Assembly (NCBI GenBank): GCA_002104905.1
Contig: MCFE01000636.1
Coordinates: 1-51,032 of the forward strand
Origin: Basidiobolus meristosporus CBS 931.73
Lineage: Eukaryota > Fungi > Basidiobolomycota
DNA: 51,032 bases
Reading direction: 5' to 3'
Part shown: one piece after another, positions 36,793 to 48,188 of the stretch
Position numbering within the stretch: the stretch's first letter is position 1
How the letters are laid out: each line of letters begins with the position of its first letter
Translations under genes and position numbers: made by a program
Notes under the pieces: model-generated
What the model was told of the DNA's origin: nothing
The model's input: the letters and a program-made list of their open reading frames with translations, nothing else
Database searches by the model: none

Positions 36793-37639
36793 GGAAAGGG
36801 CCCAAAGGAAAATTTCGAGGGTGGCCCATGTCAAGGTGAGGATACACTCGTCCAATGCTGGCCGATCGATCTTGAACAGATTGATCGGTAAAGGGCGACT
36901 CCCATAGGCTCATAGCCTACCGTCTAGTAGATTCCACTGGCTTAGATGATGTCTCAGTGAGCACTTCACTCATGTTCCTGCCCAATTAAACTGTATTTCA
37001 TTTAAACAACCCCAAATCGAATCCCAGGTGAGTTCTCTGGACTTGGGCCTGACTGAGAGGTACCGTGTCCCAGGCATCCAAATTGGTCGCTGGAAAATGG
37101 AAGAATGCTGCCTACCTTCAGCAGAATGGAAGGTGCAGCAGGAAAAGAATCCTCACGGATATCCTGATTTAAGGGCGTCTTGATCCCGATGATCCGCAAA
37201 TAGCGCATTCGGGTAAAGCATGTCTATCTAGATTTGCCAATTTTAGACGGCTGGTCTTGACGAGCTTCACCCTCAGGTGAAAAGCAGCACATGACCGGTG
37301 CGGATGCTTCGATCCTTCAAGGCGCATCCACGGTCTACCTCACGTAACAGCTCGCGAGCAGGGAGGAGCGTCATGGTGGCTCGACTAGACCCCGTGAAGC
37401 AAGCCGGCTGGCCCATTGAACACGGAAACAGGGCCCGAATGAAGAGTTTGGGGTGATTGGGAGAGGCCTTGAACGATGCGTGCGCCCTGTCAGCCAGTGA
37501 ATTCTAGCACTAAATCCTATCAGCAATCCCGGTATGTGGCGAGCTGACGAACGTTAATCCTATTTGGGGGAAATCCACCGAATTTCTGGGGCCGTTATTG
37601 GCACTGGCTTGGCATGGCTACCTGTGACGGTCCAGGGCT

Positions 37640-38722
37640 CAAAGAGGTAGCCCGCCCTTGAGGCCTGAGGCGTTACGCACTCGAAGGGGCCTTGGGAGGC
37701 TAACCTCATCGCCGCCACTCGTGGGGCGATGACACAAGCGTGCGTAGTAATGCCCCATATGGCCAGGTGGAAGAATATTCTTGTATGAATGAGGGCGAGC
37801 GATATGCTCCATTAGGGATCCCAGTGGTGTGCCCTCCCATCGAATCCACAGCATTTCCATGCGCGCCGACTGGCATTAAAATATCTTGAGAGATGGTCGG
37901 CCGATGCGATTGGCGGGGGGGGGAATGGTCGCTGGATTTGGGCGAGTATCGTACTGTCTGCAGCATCCAATTTATTTGAAATCCATCCTGTTTTTGGAAA
38001 TCTTGCTTGGAATTGTCGGATACACTTGGATGGATGTGAGCCACTCGTCATCCTAGGTACATCTATGTACGCTGTGCTCATAGCCAGATTCGTCATGTGT
38101 TTTGACAGACTCGAATCCTCGTTCTTCTGGAACCATGATATTGCCATGTGGTCAAGAACCAGTTCCAGGGCTGGGGTTGGAATGATGGCCCGGATACATC
38201 AAGTGTAACATCCTGATAGGTGCAAGACCGTAGGAGCTGGCTCTGTGGTAGCGATTTGGGTAGGGAACGATCGGGAGACTGGTACGCTGAGTTTGGGAGT
38301 CCTGGATACAGATCTATTATCTGGTTGATGGCTGAACGGTGTTGAAATGCCACTGGTGTTGCATGATTAGTGGTCTAGTGGTAGGTTTGGGTTGCGGCAA
38401 CTCGGATTGATTGGAAATCTGGGGCATCGCCTCCATTTTGCCGCTGGTTGCCAAGAGTTCCCGCAGGGTGTTGTATTGTCTTCTGATAGTTGAAAAGCCG
38501 TGTTGCAATCGTGCAGCGCTTGAATGCTCGCTGGTGAATGTGATTGAATGCTCGCTATTGTTTCTAGAAGGGTTGATTTTGCATTGCATAGAAATTACCT
38601 TCGATAAGCTGTCTAAATTCTCCGAGTCCTGCTTGCATATTCCAATAGGAGCTGGTCCAATGGATCTGCCCTCAAATTTTTTACCCTGAACGCTTGGCTT
38701 GGCGTAGATCCAAGCCATATCG
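37640..38722 (-). pseudogene. Decayed VosA-like velvet gene with long low-complexity C-terminus
   Basis: RYGLDLRQAKRSG (from 38722), EGRSIGPAPI (38644-38674), MQCKI, then CTTGGCAACCAGCGGCAAAATGGAGGCGAT (38426-38455), which resembles FGDLSVKMEGD with small deletions. P/S/H-rich broken frames continue to ~37640. Confidence 0.55.
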
Positions 38723-39297
38723 AACCAATCGTATCTGCCTTAGGTGGTGCCACCTAACATCATCTAATTCCCGAAAATTCGCCTTGCGGCAGCAAGATTA
38801 TCAGATCCGTATATGTCAAGTGAACATTTGATTAGTGCTAGGATTGCTCGTGCTATGGCTACGGCTTGGCTTATTAACCTGTTGCTAATCGGAAATGTAT
38901 CCACTGCTACTGGAGCACCGCAGTTCTTTAGGATCCAGTGACGAACCATTGTCGGACTTTATAAGCCCTAGTAGCGTGCATATACTCATGAACTAAGTTT
39001 CACTAAGCATTGCTCTGTCAGAGTGGTGGAAAATATCTTCTTGATCCAGCCCCACCACGAGTGTCCCTCACGTAGACATCTTAGCTGAATCGGGGCAATC
39101 ATACAATCAGAGATTAGCTTCGAAGTAACATGACCCGGGAGATTGATGCAACCACTGCTCTACCCTTGTGCCTTACACTTGGATAGCTAGTGATTATGCC
39201 ACTTGCAAATAGCATACTACTACTGCTTGTTATTCATGCTGCTAGCCTCTAATAGCTTCTGAGCTCTGGGTTTCCATTTTGATGTGGGCATTGTATC

Positions 39298-39505
39298 TGT
39301 CATAGGGGCACCAGAGATATTGCAAGGGATTGGGAGAACAAGTAGATTAGTTAATTTTCACTTGATGACTTTATGAGTGTCGAAGTTTGGGGGATGTTGG
39401 ACAACTTTGAGATTTTTCATGCTGTGGGTGCCTGATATTTTGGTAAACTATTCCAAGTAAGTCCCAGCAAGGAATCTTGGCAAAATACCTTATGATCTGT
39501 AGGTG
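39298..39505 (-). mobile_element. Truncated, internally deleted LTR of the same Copia family as element A
   Basis: GAGATATTG..GATTGGGAGAACAAGTAGATTA and GGACAACTTTGAGA..TTTCATG align with the LTR at 48189-48538. Confidence 0.75.
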
Positions 39506-39514
39506 ATTCTGAAA

Positions 39515-40998
39515 CCCTATGAAAAATAACTTGGTCCTGTGGGTGGATCTGATCTGGATCAGCTGTCAAGATCCCATTGGGAGACCACTATAATACCAGC
39601 AGCTTGGAATTAATGACCATCTACACAATCTCATAATGGGATCACAACAGCATTTGGCTAATTTGCTACAACTATCTGAGTGGATCTAACTGGCCAGTAC
39701 ATCCAATTGCCTTATATGGCAAAAAACTTAAAGGTGTTTTTATGGCCTCATTGCAGGCCTCTGATGGTATTATCTTGGCAGTATGGTGGCCTACAGCTAG
39801 TTCTGTATAATGCTACCACACCAATTTACCAAATGGTATTCCCTTTTTCTACCTCCCCTTGCACAATTCATATATTCCACTATAGAATCACCCCTCTTTA
39901 TTTGCTTACCCACTACTACCTTGGGTATTCCACACATAGTTTGAATCAAAAAATACTATGGCCTCCTGCCTACTAACCTCTACAAACACACACACCTGCC
40001 ACAATTGACATACTTCTATCACCTCAACTTCACAACTTTTTAGTGTGATACTTGCAAAGTTGCCACATACCTTGTATTGCTGGTAGCATATACATCTTGC
40101 ACACATATGGTTGGTTGCTGCAACTTCTGCCATGAATACCTTCTGAATATCCACAAAGAACTTTTTGGTACTTAGCCAATAAATTCCTTTTCCCTGCTGG
40201 ATTCTTGTCCCCCTTATAGGAGTGCTCAGGCACTTGTTTGTGAATTCAAGAAACATATCCAAATACTGGATTTTACCTACTATAATAGCAGTATCCTGTT
40301 GAGCACATGATGCAAACATTACAAGCTGGCGCAATCATCTGTGCTAACCTCATTGTGTCAGATTGTGCCATAGTGTGCAAGATTGTCCCACATGGTGCAA
40401 AATTGTCCAAAAGCAATCCTGCCTACTGGTAGCTATAATATTGTGCCCTTTCATTCTTAGAGACCACAGATCATGCTATGCACTCTGGCACAGTACAATG
40501 GAACAAGTCTCATATGTGGAATTCCCAAGGCAGTAGTGGGTAAGCAAATAAAGAGGGGTGATTCTACAGTGAAATATATGAATTACACAAGGGGAGGTAG
40601 AAAAAGGAAATACCATTTGATAAATTGATACAATAGCATTATACAGAACAAGTTGTTGGCTGCCATACTGCTGTTATAATGCCATCAAAATACCGTCATA
40701 CCTCTTGCCATATAAGGTAATTGGATGTCCTGGTCAGTTAGATCTGTTTAAATAGTTGCAGAGTGCAATAAGACTGCAACAATAACATGCAATTATTGTC
40801 ACAGCACCAATCAAATCTTGCCAAGTATTATAACTTTATTTGGTAGCAAAATTAGCAAAATGCCATTGTGATCTTGCCATAAGACTGTTAAGAGGGTCAC
40901 TAATTCCAAGCTGCTGATATTATGGCAGTGTCTAAATGGGATCCCAACAGCTGATCTGGATTGGATCCACCTGCAGGACCAAGTTATTTTTCATACGG
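39515..40998. mobile_element. Non-autonomous foldback/MULE-like DNA element with ~430-490 bp terminal inverted repeats
   Basis: CCCTATGAAAAATAACTTGGTCC (39515) is the inverse of GGACCAAGTTATTTTTCATACGG (ends 40998). Arms 39515-39940 and 40506-40998 align. ATTCTGAA direct repeat flanks it at 39506-39513 and 41000-41007. Confidence 0.8.
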
Positions 40999-40999
40999 A

Positions 41000-41931
41000 A
41001 TTCTGAATCCAGGAACATTCCATAAATGTATTTGAGGTCAAATCATCAGGTCTGAAATCTAGTGCTGATACAAAGCCCTGAAAGATGTCTGTCAGGCTAT
41101 TCAGGATTATAACTATAAAATCTTGTTAGTAGTTGGTATGCCCACAGATTCCATCTCATTCATCAGCAATGTAATTTTGTTAATTAGACTTTTCATTTTT
41201 CTTCTGACAGCATCTTTGCAATAAGGACTTGGTGTCATATATGCATTTTCCTAGTAGCTGAACATGACTGGTATGTGTCTTCTAATGCCTTCCTGGCACT
41301 TTTTGCTGTTTTTGCTCTTGACCATTGAATTAACAATTTGTTGTTGACATTAAGGTAAATACAGTTGAGGGCACTTTGTTTTTTCTTCTAATACTTTGAG
41401 GCTACCTCCCCTATGTTTTAGAAAAGCGTTCCTCTCCCATGGCAATGTTACAAGGGCCTCTTTCTTGTAGCAGCATTGTAATCTCCACATTCCACATTTA
41501 GTAGTTGGATCCATCCAACTTTCAGCCAAGGGAACAGCTCCAGAAACATCAGCAGTAGAGATTGCAGAGAGCAACAACTTGGGGCTCATAACCTGTTGTA
41601 GGAGTTTTGGAGATGCTGGAAGTTGGGACAACAAGATGATTATGTGATCTAAACTTGATGTTTTATTGAATGTAAAAGTAGTAATGATACTTTTACATGG
41701 TCTTGACAAAGTAGACACCTAGAATAGACTTAGGAAGGTCACAAGAATGTGTATGCAAAGTTTGAGGCTGTTGGGACAATTTCAAAATTGTCATGCGGTG
41801 GGTACCTGATGTTGTGGTGAAGATATTCCAAGCAAATACCAACCAGGAATTTGGTCAGTATTCTCTAAGATTTGTAAGTATTGATCTAAGTGACAAGGGT
41901 TAATATAAGTGGAATTGCAAATTTTGCAACA
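41000..41931 (-). mobile_element. Copia fragment C: 5' LTR (41594-41931), PBS (41581-41593) and truncated gag
   Basis: TGTTG..CAACA termini, GGTTATGAGCCCC PBS, and degenerate gag colinear with element A up to L-D-S-E-L at ~41000. Confidence 0.85.
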
Positions 41932-41939
41932 GATGACAC

Positions 41940-42140
41940 CTGGATGAAGAATTAAGAAAATCAGGCATAAGCAAAAATGAGGAAAATGATGCTTTATTAA
42001 GGAATGATAACCAACAAGGGATGTACTCAATATCCTTAAAAAAACAGCTACATGCTTTGCAGCTGCTGCAAAAGCTGTTGCAATTTAAGAAGTGATTTGG
42101 ATATAAGGAACTTATCAAGAAATAGTGATAATAGTTGAAC
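41940..42140 (+). mobile_element. Inverted Copia gag fragment (family A)
   Basis: Plus strand reads LDEELRKSGISKNEENDALLRNDNQQ, compared with LDEELRKSSANKKEEENALISNDNQQ in element A (minus strand). Confidence 0.7.
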
Positions 42141-42444
42141 TGTTGTTTATTCATAAAGAAGCTCAGTATTTATACCTTTGTAGAAGTAATACAGCTGCAA
42201 CACTAATTAGGGAGGGTTTCTCAATATTCAGGAGCATTGTGTAACAGTTTCAGGGTTAGTACATAATGTTTGGTAATAGTGCTAATTTGATCCTGACTAT
42301 AGGGGAATAATCATAAGATCATATATCTGGAGAAAGTGGCAAAGTTAAGTCAGTAAATGAGTCCTACAGTGACTCAGACTAGTCTAGAATTGTTAAGTAA
42401 ATTTTTAGCTGCTGAATGATACCAAATAGTCCAATATTTCAACA
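42141..42444 (-). repeat. 3' LTR of Copia element B (~304 bp)
   Basis: Starts TGTTG directly after the PPT. Ends ..AATAAACAACA at 42141 with a TATAAA just upstream, the same layout as LTR A. Left boundary inferred. Confidence 0.65.
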
Positions 42445-44210
42445 CTCCCCCTCAACTAAATAATTTCTTAATCCCAATTTCTCTCTAAGGATCTCAAACT
42501 GTGGCCTAGCTAGTGGTTTTGTCAATATGTCTGCCACCATTTTGTCAGTTGGGCAGTAAACCAGCTCCACTAAGTTATTTTCTACAGCTTCCCTCACAAA
42601 GTGATGCTGTATATCAATGTGCTTTGTTCTGGCATGATTAGTAGGATTTCTAGCTGATGAAATACAACTTTGATTATCCTTGTAAATACATGTTGGTTCA
42701 CCTGAATTAAAACCTAAGTCTTTGAATAATTTTTGTAGCCATATAGCCTCCTTAGTTGCTTGACATTCAGCCATATATTCAGCTTCAGTTGTAGATAGTG
42801 CCACAGTTGGTTGATTCTTGCAATTCCAAGTAATAGCTGCACCAGCATAAAGAAATACATAGCCTGTGGTAGAGCATCTGTCAATCAGATCCCTACCCCA
42901 ATCTGAATCACTATAACCATCAAATTTTTGCCTATTAGCTGCTCCAGAGTATTCCAGTACCATATTTATGGTACCTTGTAGATATCTGAAAATCTGCTTA
43001 ACTGCTGCAATTTGATCTGATCCATAATTCTGCATGAATTGACTGACTATTCCAACTGCTACTGCAATATCTGGACATGTAGAAACCATCAGGTACATTA
43101 GGCTACCAACCATTGACTGATAGGGAAAGTTTTGGTCCATATTTGAGCCGTTTTCATCTATAACTGGCTGAGATTTGCTTAATTTCAGGTTATTGTCCAT
43201 AAGGGTTGCTGCAGGTTTGCAATTTTCCATTTTGAAGCGTCTAAGAATGTCCCTGATGTACTTAGACTGATTCAGCACAATTTTCTGCGTAGGTATGTCA
43301 AATTTGACCTCAATTCCAAGAAAATAGCTCAATTTTCCAAGATCTTTCATCTCAAACTTGCTGAAGAGATCTGATTTTGTCTGTTTAAGTGCCTCTTGAT
43401 CACTTGTAGCTATAATTAGGTCATCCACATAAAGAACTAGGATGATCACACCCTTTTTGAGCTGTTTCACATATATACTGTGATCTGCAGTGCTACGAGA
43501 GAACCCAATTTCCTCTAGATATGTGTCAATCTTGTTATACCATGCTCTGGGTGCCTGCTTAAGCCCATACATCAATTTTCTAAGTTTGCACACCTTATGG
43601 GGGCCTTTTGGATTGGTAAAACCTTCTGGTTGCTCCATATATATAGTTTGTTGCAAATCCCCATTTAGAAAGGCTGTTTTGATGTCCATTTGGTGTAGAT
43701 CTAGACTGTGTACAGCTGCCAGGGCTAGAACCGTCCTAATAGAGTTAAACTTGGCAACCAAAGCAAATGTTTCCTTAAAGTTTAGTCACTGGATCTGGGA
43801 ATAGCCTTTAGCTACCAATCTAGCCTTGTACTTATCAACGGCACCATTTTGTTGTAAGAGTCTTGGAGATATTGGAAGTGATTGGGAGAACAAGTAGATT
43901 ATGTGGTTTTCACTTAATGATTTATTGAATGTAAAAGTAGTATTTATACTTTTACATGGTCTTGGCATTACAAACATGTAGAATAGGTTAAGGAAGGTCC
44001 CAAGAACATGTGTGCAAAGTTTGGGGCTGTTTGGACAACTTTGAGAATTTTCATGTTCTGGGTACCTGGTATTTTGGTGAAAATATTCTAAGTAAATCCC
44101 GACAAGGAATTTGGTCAGTATTCTCTAGGATTTGAAGGTGATGATCTAAGTGACTAAGTTAGGTGAATATTTAGGTGGAAAATACGAATTTTTACAACAC
44201 TCCCACTCAG

Positions 44211-47200
44211 CTAAATGTTCATACTGACTAGTCCTAATTTTGACCTAAAATATTCAAACTTGTCTCTAGCTAATGGTTTGGTAAATATGTCTGCAATCAT
44301 TTCATCTGTAGGACAGTAAACTAAGCTAACTAAGTTATTCTCTATAGCTTCACGTATGAAATGATGTCTAATATCTATGTGCTTGGTTCTAGCATGAAAA
44401 GTTGGATTTCTACCTAATTGTATACATCCTTGATTATCTTGAAATAAAGTAATAGGCATTTTTTGACATAGGCCTAAATCTGTAAAGAGCTTTCTTAACC
44501 ACATTGCTTCTTTTGTAGCTTCACAGGCTGCCATATACTCTGCCTCTGTAGTAGAAAGTGCTACGGTTGGTTGCTTTCTTGAATTCCATGAAATTGCTCC
44601 TTTACAGTAAAGAAAGGTGTATCCTGTGGTGGATCTTCTGTCTTCCAAATTTCGTCCCCAATCAGCATCAGAGTATCCCACAAGATCCTGTTCTGAATCC
44701 TTATAAGTGTATCTTAAGCAGATATCAGCAGTTCCTTTTAGGTATCTAAAAATCCGCTTAACTGCTGCAATATGATCAGATCCATAATTCTGATTATGTT
44801 GGCTGACAACTCCCACTGAATATGAGATATCTGGACGTGTTCCAAGCATGATATACATCAGACTGCCGACCATAGATTGATAAGGAAAGTCAGGGCTTTC
44901 AGATGGCACCAAGCTCTCTTGATTTGGTTGAGTTTTGACCAAGTTAAGGTTTGTCTCCATTGGGGTAGCTGCCGGTTTACAGTCTTCCATTTTGTACTTC
45001 TTTAGTATATCCTGAATATACTTGGATTGGCTTAGGGTAATAGTCTGGGTACTTCTGTCTATGGAGAACTTAATCCCTAAGTAGTAACTAAGTTCTCCTA
45101 GATCGGACATCTTGAACTCCTTAGATAGGCTGGATTTAGTCTCTTCCAATGTTTCTAGGTTATTGGCGGCTATAATAAGATCATCCACATATAGAGCTAA
45201 TAGAACTGGATTTGCCCTATCTGGCTTATAGTATATACTATAGTCAGCATTACTCCTTTTGAAACTCAAAGATTCCAAATAAGAATCTATCTTGCAATTC
45301 CAGGCTCTCGGTGATTGTTTGAGACCATATAGTGACTTTTTAAGCTTGCAGACCAAATGGGGGTTATCTTGGTCAACAAACCCATCAGGCTGGTCCATAT
45401 ACACGTCCTCATCAAGTTCTCCATTCAAAAATGCAGTTTTTACATCCATTTGATGAATAAAAAAACTTATATTTGGCTGCAATAGCCAATATTAATCTGA
45501 TGGAATTAAACTTGGCTACCGGTGCAAAGGTCTCAGTATAGTCAAGTCCTTTTGTTTGAGAGTATCCTTTGGCTACAAGTCTTGCTTTGTATCTTTCAAT
45601 TGTACCATCAGCCTTGTACTTTGTCTTGAAGACCCATCTGCATCCAATTGATTTTCGGTTGATTGGTAATTTGACTAAGTCCCAAGTTTGATTTTCCATC
45701 AGGGCCTGATATTCCTCAGTCATTGCAGATCTCCAAAACTTTGTCTGAGGGCTATTTAGGGCCTCTTTTACAGTCTGGGGTTCATCAATATGGACTGAAT
45801 AGGCATAGGCTAAGTTTGTACCCTCATTAATATAGTAATTTGGGCTATTTCTTGTCCGATTTGATCTCCGGGCATTTGATACTGGAATGATCACTTCTGG
45901 GATATTCCTGGGCACTGATTCTGGCTGAACCACGGTTGTAGAGTCCTCTGGAGTGAAAAAATTTTCATTGTTTTGCTCTGATTCAATCCTGACAATTGGT
46001 GGACTTGAGATCAAATTTTCGTCATCATCTGATGTCATTTTTTGTGAAAATTTTGAATTTTCATCAAACAACACATCCCTGGACTTGATCAGCTTCTTTG
46101 CTTCGGTATTGTAGAGTCTGTATGCCTTACTCTCATTGCAGTAGCCCAAAAATATGCATTTTACACTTTTTGGCTCAAATTTTGACTGATTTCCGGCCAG
46201 TTTTTTGGCATATGCTGTACACCCAAATATTCTTAGATGTTCTGCACTTGGTCTGTGTCCATACCATGCTTCAAATGGAGTAGAATCACGAAGTATTCTG
46301 TTATAACTCCTATTTTTAAGGTATACAGCAGTGGCAACTGATTTCGCCCAAAAATCATAGGATAATTTTTGATCATGGATCATAGATCTTGCCATATCAA
46401 TTATTGATCTGTTAGCTCGTTCTGCTACTCCATTTTGCTGTGGGGAGTATGGTACAGTAGTCTCTTGCTTTATCCCATGAATTTTGCAGAAGTGGATGAA
46501 GAGTTTTGAGGTATATTCTCCACCATTGTCAGAGCGTATTTTCTTGATTTTTTCACCAGTTTCTCTCTCCACCATGGCTTTAAACTCCCTGAGCTTAGAC
46601 AGAGCTTCTTCCTTTCTCTCCATGAAGTAGACCCATGTGTATCTTGTATAATCATCAATAAAAGTGATTAAATACTTCATCCCGCCTAAGGATAAATTTT
46701 GCATAGGTCCACACAGATCTGAGTGAATTAGATCTAATTTTTTCTTAGTTTTGATTAACCCAGAGCTCTTGAACGGTTGTCTGGCTTGTTTCCCATATAT
46801 GCAGGCTTCACAGTGCTCCAAATTAGCTGGGGGATCAATTTTCACTCCAGAAATTAGCTGATCTTTGATCATTTTACGCAAATAATCAAAATTGATGTGT
46901 CCAAATCTCCTGTGCCAAAGCATTGGTGTTTCTTCATTTAAGTTACTTATATTGGCTTCCAGATATGATGGAATATAAGTCAACTTGTATAGGTTCTGAT
47001 CTCTGATGCCCGAAGCAATATGAGCACCATTTTGATCAGTGATCCTGCATCCAGAATTGTCAAAACTGAAACTGAGTCCTTCTGCTGTGGCCTTGCTTAC
47101 AGAGAGTAGGTTCTTGGCTATTTCTGGTACATAGAGTACTTCTTTAAAGGTCAGTGTATGGCTTCCTTCACTGCTTCTAAGGTTTACTTGGATAGTTCCT

Positions 47201-48184
47201 TCTCCCACTGCATCAAGTGTTCTATCGTCACCCATGAAAACCTTCTTAATTGGAATTTCTTGATATTGGGTAAAAAGTTCTTTTTGGTGTGTAAAGTGTT
47301 GAGAAGCTCCAGAGTCAATATACCACGTCTGAGAATCCTTGTTTGTGGTCATATTTAGTGCAGATATGAATAGTCTATCTTCAGTTGTTGCAGCATTTCC
47401 ATATTCAGGCTTCTTTTGCTGATAATCTCTCTTTTTGAAACACCGGTCTGATGTGTGTCCTTTCCTTTTGCAGTAGTTGCAAAATAGGTTGCTGTTGCCT
47501 TTGTAGGGTCTTGGGTACCTCCTTTGTTGGTTATCATTGCTTATTAAAGCATTTTCTTCTTCCTTCTTATTGGCGCTTGATTTTCTTAATTCTTCATCCA
47601 GGAGCCTTCCATATACGTAATTTAAGGTCAAATCTTCAGTTCTGGACTCTAGGGCTGATACAAGGCCCTGAAACTCGTCTGTCAGGCTATTCAGGATGGT
47701 AACTATCACATCCTCATCAGTAGTTGGTACGCCCACAGATTCCATCTCATCTACCAGCAGGGTAATTCTGTTAATTAGATTTTTCATTTCTTCTCCTGGC
47801 AGCATCTTTGTAGTAAAGAATTTTCTTCTCAGATACATTTTCTTGGCAGCTGAACATGACTGGTAGGTGTCTTACTAATGCCTTCCAGGCATTCTTTGCC
47901 GTTTTTGCTCTTGAGCATTGAATTAGCAATTTGTCCTTGACATTAAGGCAAATGCAGTTAAAGGCACTTTGTTCTTTCTTCTGGTACTTTAAGGCTTCCT
48001 CTCCCACGTTTTTAGGAGGGCATTCTTCTCCCATGACAATATCCCAAAGGCCTCTTTCTTGCAGCAGCATCTTCATCTTCACCTTCCACACTTGGTAGTT
48101 AGATCCATCCAACTTTTCAGCAGAGGGAAAAATTCCAGTAATAGCAGTAGTAGACATTGCAGAGAGTGACAGCTCGGGGCTCAT
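44211..48184 (-). pseudogene. gag-pol polyprotein of element A with two single-base frameshifts
   Basis: [72 protein letters not shown]. One extra base at ~47873 and an extra T in the A7 run at 45459-45465. Confidence 0.9.
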
Positions 48185-48188
48185 AACC
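48176..48188 (-). promoter_or_regulatory. Primer-binding site complementary to the anticodon stem-loop of initiator tRNA-Met (half-molecule priming)
   Basis: GGTTATGAGCCC directly after the LTR's CA. The same type of PBS is used by Ty5 and Drosophila copia. Confidence 0.9.

Noticed and set aside
37002-37208. YLRII..PAAPSILLKV as a possible fourth velvet relic
   Set aside because: Only vague similarity, with no downstream DLSVR-type motif in proper context.
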